Source of the DNA: an uncultured Desulfosarcina sp.
GTDB taxonomy: Bacteria > Desulfobacterota > Desulfobacteria > Desulfobacterales > Desulfosarcinaceae
Length of the DNA stretch: 64,000 nt
Reading direction: 5' to 3'
NCBI GenBank assembly: GCA_963674945.2
Contig: CAXXWQ010000003.1
Location: forward strand, 2,048,001 to 2,112,000
The translations under genes and the position numbers were made by a program. Positions 49,214 to 58,050 of the stretch are shown piece after piece. Under the pieces are notes generated by a model that did not search any database, was not told where the DNA came from, and saw only the letters and a program-made list of their open reading frames with translations. The first letter of the stretch is position 1, and each line of letters starts with the position of its first letter.

Positions 49214-49918
49214 CTACTCCAATTCAAAACGAATTACGGTTTCCACCTGGGTCTTGACCGGGGTGCCGCCGACGGTTCCGGGTTTAAAGCGCCAGGCGCG
49301 AACACACCGATCGACGCTCCTGTCGAACAGGTTCTCCGGATCGGCTTCCAGGATGGAAACATTTCCCACTTCGCCGTTTTCGTCCACGATAAAAGAGACT
49401 TTGACCCATCCTTCGATGCCGCGACGGCGGGCCTGAATGGGGTACACCGGTGGAATGCGCGTCAGGGTCGTCAGGGGGCCGTCCAAATCTCCCATGGAAA
49501 ACGCGCCTTGCAATGCCGTCATGTCTACCATGGGGGCGCTTTCCAGCGGTGGCAGCACCAGGCTGTTGGGACCTGTCGGAAGGCGCGGATTGACCTTGAA
49601 GGGCAGTGTCAGCTTCTTTTGCAGTGGTTGATTCGGTGCCGCCTTGGGCCGGTGGACCGGTTTCTTCTCTGGCGGTTTCGGCGGCTTGGGCGGCTTTCGC
49701 CGAACATCCGAATCCGGCCGCTTCATGCGAATGACATTCACCTGGGGAACGAGGGTCTCCACGATGGGTCGGGAGGGTTCCTGATCCACGAGTCGGGGCA
49801 TCACCCAGAACAACGCCAGGTTCAACGTGGCGGCCACCAGCGCCGACCACAGCCAGGTGGTCCAGGTGCGCCGGGACAAAGCGTTGAAGTAATTGTCGGG
49901 TGTCGATGATGACGTCAT
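49214..49918 (-). CDS. tonB: Energy transducer TonB
   Basis: N-terminal TM, KPPKPPKPP linker, PVYP.QARRRGIEGWV and W.FKP motifs. Start set at MTSSST. Confidence 0.88.
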   Translation of the reverse strand: MTSSSTPDNYFNALSRRTWTTWLWSALVAATLNLALFWVMPRLVDQEPSRPIVETLVPQVNVIRMKRPDSDVRRKPPKPPKPPEKKPVHRPKAAPNQPLQKKLTLPFKVNPRLPTGPNSLVLPPLESAPMVDMTALQGAFSMGDLDGPLTTLTRIPPVYPIQARRRGIEGWVKVSFIVDENGEVGNVSILEADPENLFDRSVDRCVRAWRFKPGTVGGTPVKTQVETVIRFELE

Positions 49919-49928
49919 TGTTTTCTCA

Positions 49929-50345
49929 TCATTCCTGTGGCACGCTGGCCGCCAGGGAGACGTTGTTCGCACCTGCCATGCGGCAACCATCCATTACCTG
50001 GATGGCCGTGCCGGTACTGCTGGCCTTGTCGGCCACCACCACCACGGCGCCTTCCGGGTTCTCGGCCAGGGCGCGTTCCACGTTGGCCCGAACGGCCCTG
50101 GGGTCGATCTCCCGGTGGTCCATGAAGATCCGGTCATTCCCATCGATGGCGATGAGGATCGTAGCCTTGTTTTGCACCACCGCCGTCGATGCCGTGGGTC
50201 GACTCACATCGATGCCGGTCTCCTTTACGAAACTGGTGTTGACCAGAAAGAAAATCAGCAGGATGAAGACCATGTCGATAAGCGGGGCGATATTGAGTTC
50301 CGTTGTCCCGCGATTCTTTCGTCGCGCAGCGGATATATTTAACAT
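49929..50345 (-). CDS. exbD: Biopolymer transport protein ExbD
   Basis: NIAPLIDMVFILLIFFLV and VVADK motifs. Confidence 0.92.
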   Translation of the reverse strand: MLNISAARRKNRGTTELNIAPLIDMVFILLIFFLVNTSFVKETGIDVSRPTASTAVVQNKATILIAIDGNDRIFMDHREIDPRAVRANVERALAENPEGAVVVVADKASSTGTAIQVMDGCRMAGANNVSLAASVPQE

Positions 50346-50346
50346 G

Positions 50347-50418
50347 GTTCTCCGTTCTCCGTTCTTGGTTTTCGGTTCTCCGTTTTGAACTGTGAACTGT
50401 GAACCGAGAACCGTGAAC
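50347..50418. repeat. Inverted pair of heptamer arrays between exbB and exbD
   Basis: GTTCTCC-GTTCTCC-GTTCTTG... followed by GAACTGT-GAACTGT-GAACCGA-GAACCGT. Confidence 0.85.
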
Positions 50419-50423
50419 TTTTA

Positions 50424-51035
50424 TTAAATCTGTCTTCTCAAATAATACCCCGCCCTGGCTACCCGCTGCATAAGGTTTCGTGCGCGCCGATCCAAAAACC
50501 CCTTCATGTACAGGCCGGGAATGGCAACCAAGAGGCCGGTCTGGGTGGTGATCAGGGCTTCGCTGATGCCACCGGCCATGCCTTTGGCGTTTCCCGTGCC
50601 GAATACGGACAGGATGTCGAAGGTGCCGATCATGCCCGTGACCGTACCCAGAAGGCCCAGCAGCGGGGCAACGGCGGCCAGTACGCCGATCACGGCCAGA
50701 TGGTCGGAGAGTGAACGGTTGATGGTTAATACGGTCTCGTCCAGGATGAATCGATTCAGTTTTGGATCGCTGCTTCGCCGCTGGAGAAAACGGGCCACCA
50801 GCAAAGAGACGACGCCGCGATATTGATCCGGGTCCGGCAGCCGGTTGTCCCGAACGTGGGACAGGGCCTCTTTCAAAGGCATGTTTTTGCGATGCAGCCG
50901 CCTGAAAAACAAGGCGCGTTCCACGATCAGCAGCCACATGGCAAGGCTCACCAGCACCAGCGGCACCATGGCCACGCCGCCGGCGGCAATATACGCCTCG
51001 AGGCGCAAGTAGGATGAGGACATCAGGTCGATCAC
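50424..51035 (-). CDS. exbB: MotA/TolQ/ExbB proton channel protein
   Basis: APLLGLLGTVTGMI and GISEALITTQTGL motifs. Confidence 0.9.
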   Translation of the reverse strand: MIDLMSSSYLRLEAYIAAGGVAMVPLVLVSLAMWLLIVERALFFRRLHRKNMPLKEALSHVRDNRLPDPDQYRGVVSLLVARFLQRRSSDPKLNRFILDETVLTINRSLSDHLAVIGVLAAVAPLLGLLGTVTGMIGTFDILSVFGTGNAKGMAGGISEALITTQTGLLVAIPGLYMKGFLDRRARNLMQRVARAGYYLRRQI

Positions 51036-52480
51036 GACGCCTCCCGGGACTTGTGAATGATGTTGACCAGGGCTACGGCCTTTTCCTCCATGTCTCCGAT
51101 CTTCTTGTCCACGGCACGGCTTAAGAGGGTCTGGGAGAGCATCAGCGGAATGGCCACGGAAAGACCCAGCATGGTGGTGACCAGTGCTTCGCTGATGCCT
51201 CCGGACATCAATCTTGGATCACCGGTGCCGTGCAGGGTGATCACGTGAAAGGTGTCGATCATGCCGGTGACCGTTCCCAAGAGGCCCAACAAGGGCGCGA
51301 TGGCGGCAAGCATCCCCAGGGTGGACAGAAACCGTTCCATGGGCGGAATTTCTCTTAGTATGGCCTCTTGCAAGGCGTTTTCCATCTCTTCGCGCTGCAT
51401 GTGGAAACATCGCAATCCGGCATCGACCACACGTGCCACCGGTTTTGTCGGATAACAGCGGCACGCTTCTTGGCACGCGTCCCAGTCGTTATCGGCGCAA
51501 AGACCTTCGATTTTTCGCATAAGGCTGTCGCTGTCCAGTTTTTTTCGTACCAGAAAGAAAACTCGTTCCAGAACGATCAGGATGCCGACGGCGAAAATTC
51601 CGAGAATGGGCCAGACGATGGGGCCTCCGTGGGGAATCTGCTCCCAAAGTTTTAACTCATGTGTCAGCTGGCGCAGTGCCCCACCCCGGGATATGTCCAT
51701 GGGAACGACATCCGTCTGACCTTCCATGTACCGGGCCAATTGTTTTTGCATCCGATTTGATGGTAGCCGGGAGAGGGCATAGAGTTTTTTTCCGCTCGTG
51801 GAATAATTGCAAAACCCCAATTCCCGGGAACTGCGATAGACAACCGTAAACGGTCCGACGAGAAGAAGATCGGCGTTCACTTCACGCCCGGTACGATCGA
51901 CCATGGGGCCATTTTGAATTTGTACCTGTCCGGTGATATCGATCTGAGCCAACAGGCCCTGGGCAAGATTCCGGACATCGTCCATGCCGGGGAAACGGGT
52001 GTTCTGAGCAATCGATTCCGAAAAATCGACGGAAGTCGCTGAAATTGCGGTCTGTGGGTTCTGAGAGATCAAGGCGTCCACATCTTTCGCATTGACCCGG
52101 ATGGCCCCCACCAGTTCGTCGATCATGCGGTCGGTCTGCTGGAGTGTTTCGGTGAGTTGCTTTTCGTGTTCCTCCAACTTCCGGCGCTCTTCGGCCAGTT
52201 GGTCTGCCTCTTTCTTCAACCGGTCGTTGGCCGTTTCAAGGTCGGCAATGGCACGTTCCAACGTTTCTCTGGCCTGTATGATCCGGGAGCGACTCTCGGC
52301 CGCGGCTTCTTCGGCGGCCTTTTGTTCTTCGGCGGCCTTTTGGATCAACGCTTCTTTTTCTTTTTGTGCCTGCATCTGAACCGCTCGCATGTCGTTGGAC
52401 CATGCGGGCAAAACTGCTCCCATGTGAAACAACAGCAAAGGCATCAACAGTAAAAAAAGGCATTTCGGTGAAAATTTCAT
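51032..52480 (-). CDS. TtpC-like long ExbB-family protein
   Basis: Signal peptide, long coiled coil, C-terminal APLLGLLGTVTGMI...GISEALVTT. Start set at MKFSPK. Confidence 0.85.
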   Translation of the reverse strand: MKFSPKCLFLLLMPLLLFHMGAVLPAWSNDMRAVQMQAQKEKEALIQKAAEEQKAAEEAAAESRSRIIQARETLERAIADLETANDRLKKEADQLAEERRKLEEHEKQLTETLQQTDRMIDELVGAIRVNAKDVDALISQNPQTAISATSVDFSESIAQNTRFPGMDDVRNLAQGLLAQIDITGQVQIQNGPMVDRTGREVNADLLLVGPFTVVYRSSRELGFCNYSTSGKKLYALSRLPSNRMQKQLARYMEGQTDVVPMDISRGGALRQLTHELKLWEQIPHGGPIVWPILGIFAVGILIVLERVFFLVRKKLDSDSLMRKIEGLCADNDWDACQEACRCYPTKPVARVVDAGLRCFHMQREEMENALQEAILREIPPMERFLSTLGMLAAIAPLLGLLGTVTGMIDTFHVITLHGTGDPRLMSGGISEALVTTMLGLSVAIPLMLSQTLLSRAVDKKIGDMEEKAVALVNIIHKSREAS

Positions 52481-53250
52481 GGAATCACCAGCTTTCCGAC
52501 GGGCAGGTCGAGCAGTTCTACCGGTTTTCGCTTGGCTGCCATTTCGATGGCAGAATGGATCGGTTGGTTGTGTTTCTGAGACAGAAGTTGCCACTCATTT
52601 TCTGCAACGTTGAAAAGGCCACACTTCTTTTGATCGAGGGACTGGAAGAATAGGTTGATTCGTCCAAGCCGAAAAATATCGACAAGTAGGGGCTGGCCGT
52701 CAATTTCGATGGTTTCCTGGTAGGTTTCGATGGTAAAACCGTACTCGGCTTCCACCAACAGCGCCTCCATGGCTTTTCGATACTTCTCGCTGATAGGGAC
52801 TTCGGGATCATCCGCCAGGCGGGTCAAATTTTCGACGCGCCGCTCTCTTTCTTTCATCAGAAAAGGAGGGCCTTCGATAATCAGGGCCTCGAGGCGATCG
52901 ATCAGTTCATGGACAAAGGGGCCGATCTGGTCGGAGATCTGTTCGATGTCCGCCAGTTGTTTCTCCTTGGTGGCGATGCGGGACCGGGTCGCGGCCACTT
53001 GCTCTTTGAGTTCATCGGTCTGTTGGGTGAGCCGTTTCTTTTCAGCTTCAAGCTCTTCATACCGGGCCATCAACTTCTCCTGGTCCAACCGCCATTGAAA
53101 TTCGGCCTCTTGGGTGGCCTGGCGGGTGTCGATGGCTTTTTGTACCGGCTTTTCGATGCGCCGTCGGGTTTCGCTGCCCGTAGCGGGAAGTACGGAAAAA
53201 CATAAAAGGAAAATGAGTATAGGAGAAAACCTGGACTTTTTTCTGTGCAT
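52477..53250 (-). CDS. DUF3450-family (TtpB-like) protein
   Basis: Signal peptide, coiled coil, PFL..ER..R, EKYRK..EA..VEAEYG and RLGRI motifs. Confidence 0.8.
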   Translation of the reverse strand: MHRKKSRFSPILIFLLCFSVLPATGSETRRRIEKPVQKAIDTRQATQEAEFQWRLDQEKLMARYEELEAEKKRLTQQTDELKEQVAATRSRIATKEKQLADIEQISDQIGPFVHELIDRLEALIIEGPPFLMKERERRVENLTRLADDPEVPISEKYRKAMEALLVEAEYGFTIETYQETIEIDGQPLLVDIFRLGRINLFFQSLDQKKCGLFNVAENEWQLLSQKHNQPIHSAIEMAAKRKPVELLDLPVGKLVIP

Positions 53251-53342
53251 GAACCGATCTCCTGTGAAGCGAGTATATATGAGAACCAAAATCCCGACAC
53301 AATTAGGGCGTTTGGGGAAAAGATACTCCTTGTCGAAAATAG

Positions 53343-53370
53343 AAAACCCGGACCGTCAAACGATCCGGGA
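53343..53370 (-). terminator. Terminator of riboswitch 4 expression platform
   Basis: Minus strand CCCGGATCGT-TTG-ACGGTCCGGG-TTTT. Confidence 0.65.
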
Positions 53371-53437
53371 TATCCCTTTTTTACCCACAGATAGAGTACT
53401 GCAAACGATGCCGTCCACGCAATCGTTTCTTTTTTCA

Positions 53438-53592
53438 TTCAGGCAGGTCTTCTGACTTTCGGATCATCCTGCACGTTGCGCCTTCCCAACCCGTTGGCCA
53501 GTGGCAAATGCAACGTTCGTCCCCGATCACAGCGGCGGGCCCATCCCCGATTTCCACGGGGTTCCCTATTCAGCTCAAAATGAGCACCTGAA
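53438..53592 (-). ncRNA. Cobalamin riboswitch 4
   Basis: TTCAGGTGCTCA...ATAGGGAACCCCGTGGAAATCGGGGATGGGCCCGCCGCTGTGA...GCCACTGG...GGGAAGG...AAGTCAGAAGACCTGCCTGAA. Confidence 0.93.
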
Positions 53593-53617
53593 CTTTCGCA
53601 GATTGAAATTTTTGCCA

Positions 53618-53645
53618 ATATTAAAAAAAAAAACGAAATAGTCAA
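53618..53645 (-). promoter_or_regulatory. sigma70-like promoter for riboswitch 4 leader
   Basis: TTGACT-N16-TAATAT. Confidence 0.45.
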
Positions 53646-53834
53646 GTAAAAATAATCTCGATGATTACCAACGGCGCAGCCGGTGTCCGTTTCCTATATT
53701 CATCACCTTTTCGCTGCATTTTATCGTTTCCATCCGAGGTGTTGTGAGGAATTGAAAATCGATTTGTTATGATTTTTGACTCGAAAAAAAAACTTGACAA
53801 AAATCTTGTTACGGTATTTTCTTGCGCAAAATAT

Positions 53835-54029
53835 TCTGGGTGCTTCCAAGATTGCCTGACCGTTGAGGCGAAGATATTTTTGGAGCGAAAATAGGGAACT
53901 CCGTGGAAATCGGAGACGGGCCCGCCGCTGTAAACGGGGACGAAAGCCGCATAACCACCACTGACGAGCAGCACTCGTCGGGAAGGTGTGGCCGGTAGGT
54001 TGATCCGTAAGTCAGAAGACCTGCCCAGA
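53835..54029 (+). ncRNA. Cobalamin riboswitch 5
   Basis: TCTGGGTGC...ATAGGGAACTCCGTGGAAATCGGAGACGGGCCCGCCGCTGTAA...ACCACTG...GGGAAGG...AAGTCAGAAGACCTGCCCAGA. Confidence 0.93.
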
Positions 54030-54099
54030 GGAAAACGAGATCTGAACGCACGGATGGTTGTGCTCGACTCGACATAGATCACTGTGGAGAAAAAGGGAC

Positions 54100-54145
54100 A
54101 TCCCTGGATCGTAAAGAAATAGACGGTTCAGGGATTTTGCTTTTT
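54100..54145 (+). terminator. Terminator of riboswitch 5 expression platform
   Basis: ATCCCTGGATCGT-N10-ACGGTTCAGGGAT-TTTGCTTTTT. Confidence 0.65.
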
Positions 54146-54160
54146 GGGGGAGAGAGAGGA

Positions 54161-56209
54161 ATGAAAATTCGGCTCGTGTCTTTGATTATGGTGTCCATTT
54201 TGATCGCCTTCGTTCAAAACGGGGGTGCTCAGGAGGAGCGAGACCCGGCGATGATGCTGGATGCCGTAGTGGTCACTTCGACAAGGGTCGATGATGATTT
54301 TCGAACCGGCGATGTGGACCAAGAGACCACGACGGTGATGACCACCACCATCGAACGAGCGCAATTCGAGGGAAAGATTGAAAACATCGCCGAGGTTATC
54401 GAGAAGGAGGTGGGGGTTCAGGTGCGACAGTCCGGTGGACTCGGCTCCTTCTCATCCGTATCCCTGCGCGGTTCATCCAGCGATCAGGTGATGGTTTTCA
54501 TGGACGGCATCCCATTAAACGACGCCTCCGGAGGCGGGGTAGACCTGAGTACTATCTCCCTGTCCGACGTGGCCGCCATCGAAATCTACCGGGGTGCCAC
54601 CCCCATCAATTTTGGCAGTTCCAGTATCGGCGGCGTCGTTAACATTCGTACCTTGCGATCGCAAAAGGGATTGAATACAAGCCTTTCTGGAGGATATGGC
54701 TATTTCAATACATGGAAAGCCAACGGATTTATCAACCACAAGCCCGGCCGATTCGATTATCTCGTTTCCGCCGATTACCTTTCCTCGGATAACGATTTCG
54801 ACATTTTAAACGACAATGGAACCGAGTGGAATCCGGACGACGATCGCTGGGAGAAACGAAACAATGCCCAGGTCGATCAGGCTAACGTGCTGGCAAAAGC
54901 CGGTTATGACCTTTCGGAGAATCTGCGGCTGGATCTGATGAATCAGACCTTCAGCAAGGAGCAGGGACTACCCAGCTGGAACAACAGCCCTTCTACCCAA
55001 TCCACGCTGGATACATTCCGAAACATCACCACATTGCGAATTACGGCAGACGATCTCACCGCTGCCCGTATCAACACGGGGACACAACTGGCGTATTCCA
55101 TCAAAGAAGAGGAGTACGACGACCGGGGTGGACACATCGGTCTGGCGGAACAGCACACCACTTATACCACCAACCGGTATAACCTCGATCTTTTTGCCCA
55201 GTGGACGGGAGCGTGGCAGGACCTCATCGGCACCATCAACCTGCTTCATGAAGACTACGAAGCAGAAGATCACCTGGAGAAATCGAATCCGGGGGATAGT
55301 CAAAGGGACTCTCTTTCCTTCGGCCTGCAGGACTGTTTTTTCTTCTTCAACGATTCAATGATTGTTACGCCGGCTGCCCGCTATACATGGATCGAAGATG
55401 AACTCGGTGCAGATGTCAGCACCTGGGGGACCACCCTGGATGAGCAAAGCCGGAGCGATACCAACTTCACGCCCCAGATCGGAGTCGTTTACGGTCCCTT
55501 TACGTGGCTCAAGTTCAAATCCAACCTGGCCAAGTATGTCCGTCAACCCTCCTTTTACGAATTGTTCGGGGATAGAGGGCTGTTTTTGGGGAATCCGGAC
55601 CTGAAAGAAGAAAAAGGGGTCAATTTCGATTTCGGTGCCGAGTGCCAGTGGCGCTCTCCTGAAAAATGGCTTCAACGCCTTCGTTTGGGTGCCGCTTATT
55701 TCTGTACCGATGCAGATGACCTGATCACTCGAAGTTATGATGCGCGTGGGGTAGGAAAATCCGTTAACATTTCCGGTGCCCTAATCCAAGGGATCGAACT
55801 CAATGGCACTGTAGAATTTCTGGATCACTTTCGTGCAGTTGCCAATTTTACCTACCAGGATCCCGAAAATCAAAGTGAAGTCAAGGCATTCGATGGAAAA
55901 CGACTCTCAGGTCGTTTCGAGACTGCCTTTCTCGGACGCCTGGAGGCATTCTACGCCGGCTTTCGCATTTACGGCGAGTATACCGGAGAGACCGGCATAT
56001 ACTACGATACGGCCAACCTCTTGCCTGCCCCCGACAAAGAAGAGATCAACGCCGGCATTTCCTATTCGGTGGGCACATGGCAGTTTCAATTGGAAGGCAG
56101 GAACCTGACCGATGAACTGTACGAGGATTTCAACGGTTATCCACTTCCCGGAAGATCTTTTTATGCATCCGTCAAATACAATTTTTCAACCCAAGAAGCG
56201 GAAAAGTGA
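54161..56209 (+). CDS. TonB-dependent receptor 3 (BtuB-like)
   Basis: Signal peptide, DAVVVTSTR TonB box, SLRGSSSDQV..DGIPL, GNPDLKEE and GYPLPGRSFY motifs. RBS GAGGA before ATG 54161. Confidence 0.92.
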   Translation: MKIRLVSLIMVSILIAFVQNGGAQEERDPAMMLDAVVVTSTRVDDDFRTGDVDQETTTVMTTTIERAQFEGKIENIAEVIEKEVGVQVRQSGGLGSFSSVSLRGSSSDQVMVFMDGIPLNDASGGGVDLSTISLSDVAAIEIYRGATPINFGSSSIGGVVNIRTLRSQKGLNTSLSGGYGYFNTWKANGFINHKPGRFDYLVSADYLSSDNDFDILNDNGTEWNPDDDRWEKRNNAQVDQANVLAKAGYDLSENLRLDLMNQTFSKEQGLPSWNNSPSTQSTLDTFRNITTLRITADDLTAARINTGTQLAYSIKEEEYDDRGGHIGLAEQHTTYTTNRYNLDLFAQWTGAWQDLIGTINLLHEDYEAEDHLEKSNPGDSQRDSLSFGLQDCFFFFNDSMIVTPAARYTWIEDELGADVSTWGTTLDEQSRSDTNFTPQIGVVYGPFTWLKFKSNLAKYVRQPSFYELFGDRGLFLGNPDLKEEKGVNFDFGAECQWRSPEKWLQRLRLGAAYFCTDADDLITRSYDARGVGKSVNISGALIQGIELNGTVEFLDHFRAVANFTYQDPENQSEVKAFDGKRLSGRFETAFLGRLEAFYAGFRIYGEYTGETGIYYDTANLLPAPDKEEINAGISYSVGTWQFQLEGRNLTDELYEDFNGYPLPGRSFYASVKYNFSTQEAEK

Positions 56210-57546
56210 AGGAGGGGATTATGTTTTCGAAATGGAATAGCGTTGCAGCGTCATGTGGGCGAGTTGGAATGTTGGTCTTGATGCTCAGTCTTTGTATTCC
56301 CGCATCGGCTTTGTCTCAAGTGGCAATCGTGGCCACGTCGGCTTCGGACTATACAAGTGGGGCACACGCCCTTGTAACCGTTGATCCTGTGGGTGGGCCG
56401 AGAACGATTCAGGACAATCTTCTTCCTACCATTTCAGACATCGGGGTAGCCGCCTATGAAAATTACTTCTATCGCATCGAACGCTTCCAGGCTGACAACA
56501 TCACCAAGTTTGATGTTGCCGCTCCGAGCACGCCAATTTATCAATACAGTGTTCTTGACAGCGGAGATACGGTTACCGCAAATCCCCATGCCATGATTTT
56601 TGTGAATGATCAGAAGGCATACGTGCTACGTTATGGCAAGACCAAGGCCTGGATTGTGAATCCCTCGGCAGCGTCTGCGGCAGACTTCAAGACCGGTGAA
56701 CTGGATCTGAGCGCCTATGCCGATTCGGACGGTATCCCGGAGATGGACAACGGAGTCATCGTCGATGGGGTATTGTACATTACCTTGCAGCGGTTGGATC
56801 GAAACGATAACTATGCGCCTTCCAACACCGCCTATGTAGCCTTGTTCGATACTGCCACCGATGCGGAGATCGATACCGGCATAACCAATACGGACGGAGT
56901 CATAGGGATTCCCCTGCCCGTGAAAAATACCAGTGCCATCCAGTATTTGGCGGAAAACGATACCATCTATGTGCAAGGAGTGGGCGATTACGGCAGCTCT
57001 TGGAGCAGCCGGGATCCAGAATATTCGGGGGGTATCGTAACCATCGATCCGGCCACATACGCCACCGCGCTTCTGGTGGATGACGGTGACGACACCGATC
57101 ACCCCTATGGAAATATATCTGGCATGATCATCGTGAGTGCCGACAAGGGGTATTTCATCGGGTATGACGGATGGGGAGACAATACCCTCTACGGCTTTTC
57201 GCCCACGACGGGAACCGTCGCCGGCAGCGTCAGCAGCGATCTGACCGGGAAAAACATCGCCGGCATGCAATCGGGTGCCTATCTGGATGAAAACGACATG
57301 CTCTGGGTGTGCAACCAGACCGATTCGCAGCTCATTATTCTCAACACTGCCGACGACACTATTGATGAGACCATCTCCACAAACCTCAACCCGCTGATGG
57401 TTGCATTTGCCAGCGAAAGCGATGATGACGACGAGGATGATGATGACAGTGATGATGGAAATAATAGCGGCAGCGTTGCTGACGACGATGATGACGGCAC
57501 CTGTTTCATCGATACTATGGGATTCTCTCCATTCATCAATGATTAA
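56206..57546 (+). CDS. Exported putative beta-propeller protein (BtuG/YncE-like) with acidic linker and C-terminal CFI-box (alternative start 56221)
   Basis: Signal peptide; blade-like repeats (NPHAMIFVNDQKAYV, GVLYITLQRL, DKGYFI); poly-Asp linker; ends GTCFIDTMGFSPFIND. Confidence 0.7.
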   Translation: MKEGIMFSKWNSVAASCGRVGMLVLMLSLCIPASALSQVAIVATSASDYTSGAHALVTVDPVGGPRTIQDNLLPTISDIGVAAYENYFYRIERFQADNITKFDVAAPSTPIYQYSVLDSGDTVTANPHAMIFVNDQKAYVLRYGKTKAWIVNPSAASAADFKTGELDLSAYADSDGIPEMDNGVIVDGVLYITLQRLDRNDNYAPSNTAYVALFDTATDAEIDTGITNTDGVIGIPLPVKNTSAIQYLAENDTIYVQGVGDYGSSWSSRDPEYSGGIVTIDPATYATALLVDDGDDTDHPYGNISGMIIVSADKGYFIGYDGWGDNTLYGFSPTTGTVAGSVSSDLTGKNIAGMQSGAYLDENDMLWVCNQTDSQLIILNTADDTIDETISTNLNPLMVAFASESDDDDEDDDDSDDGNNSGSVADDDDDGTCFIDTMGFSPFIND

Positions 57547-57634
57547 AACGAAATGCGGTTTCGCGAAAGCGGTACCAGTTTTCTCTTGACCGCCAATAAA
57601 AAATTCTCTATCCAGATAAAGTTTTACGTCAATT

Positions 57635-57879
57635 TATTCGGTGCTCGTTTGAGCTTAAAAGGGAACTCCGTTCGAATCGGAGACAGGCCCGCTGCTGTGA
57701 TCGGGGACGAAATCCGCAACTTGCCACTGTCAACGTAGTAAAGGTTGCCTCTACAGAAATAGGAAAATTGGTTCGAGATCGAGACAAAGATATCGGGCAA
57801 ATTGGCCATTTCTGTACGGGCATCTGACGGGAAGGCGCAGAGAGTAGGTAGAACCGAAAGTCAGAAGACCTGCCGAATA
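57635..57879 (+). ncRNA. Cobalamin riboswitch 6 (with ~92-nt insertion)
   Basis: TATTCGGTGCTC...AAAGGGAACTCCGTTCGAATCGGAGACAGGCCCGCTGCTGTGA...GCCACTG..[insert]..GGGAAGG...AAGTCAGAAGACCTGCCGAATA. Confidence 0.9.
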
Positions 57880-57942
57880 TGAAGTACGTCTCCTTCGTGG
57901 ACGGAAGGTGAGTATACAAAGATTTTGAGGATAATAAGGGAT

Positions 57943-57983
57943 ATCCCCGGATCGAGCGAAAGATCGGTCCGGGGATTTTTTTT
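57943..57983 (+). terminator. Terminator of riboswitch 6 expression platform
   Basis: ATCCCCGGATCGA...TCGGTCCGGGGAT-TTTTTT. Confidence 0.8.
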
Positions 57984-58050
57984 GTGGATACGACAAAAAC
58001 CCGAAAAAAGATGTTCTTCGAGTACATTGACTATGATCTCTTGCTCACAA

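Noticed and set aside
53439..54082. ORFs overlapping riboswitches (also 23236-23511, 29378-30012, 47481-47824, 57629-58027)
   Set aside because: Incidental reading frames across structured RNA leaders.
57925..58050. 5' extensions given by the ORF track (also lepA 6964, pstC 10092, TBDR1 29494, ccsA 47377)
   Set aside because: They run through riboswitch terminators, promoters or repeats; downstream starts fit RBS or homology motifs better.
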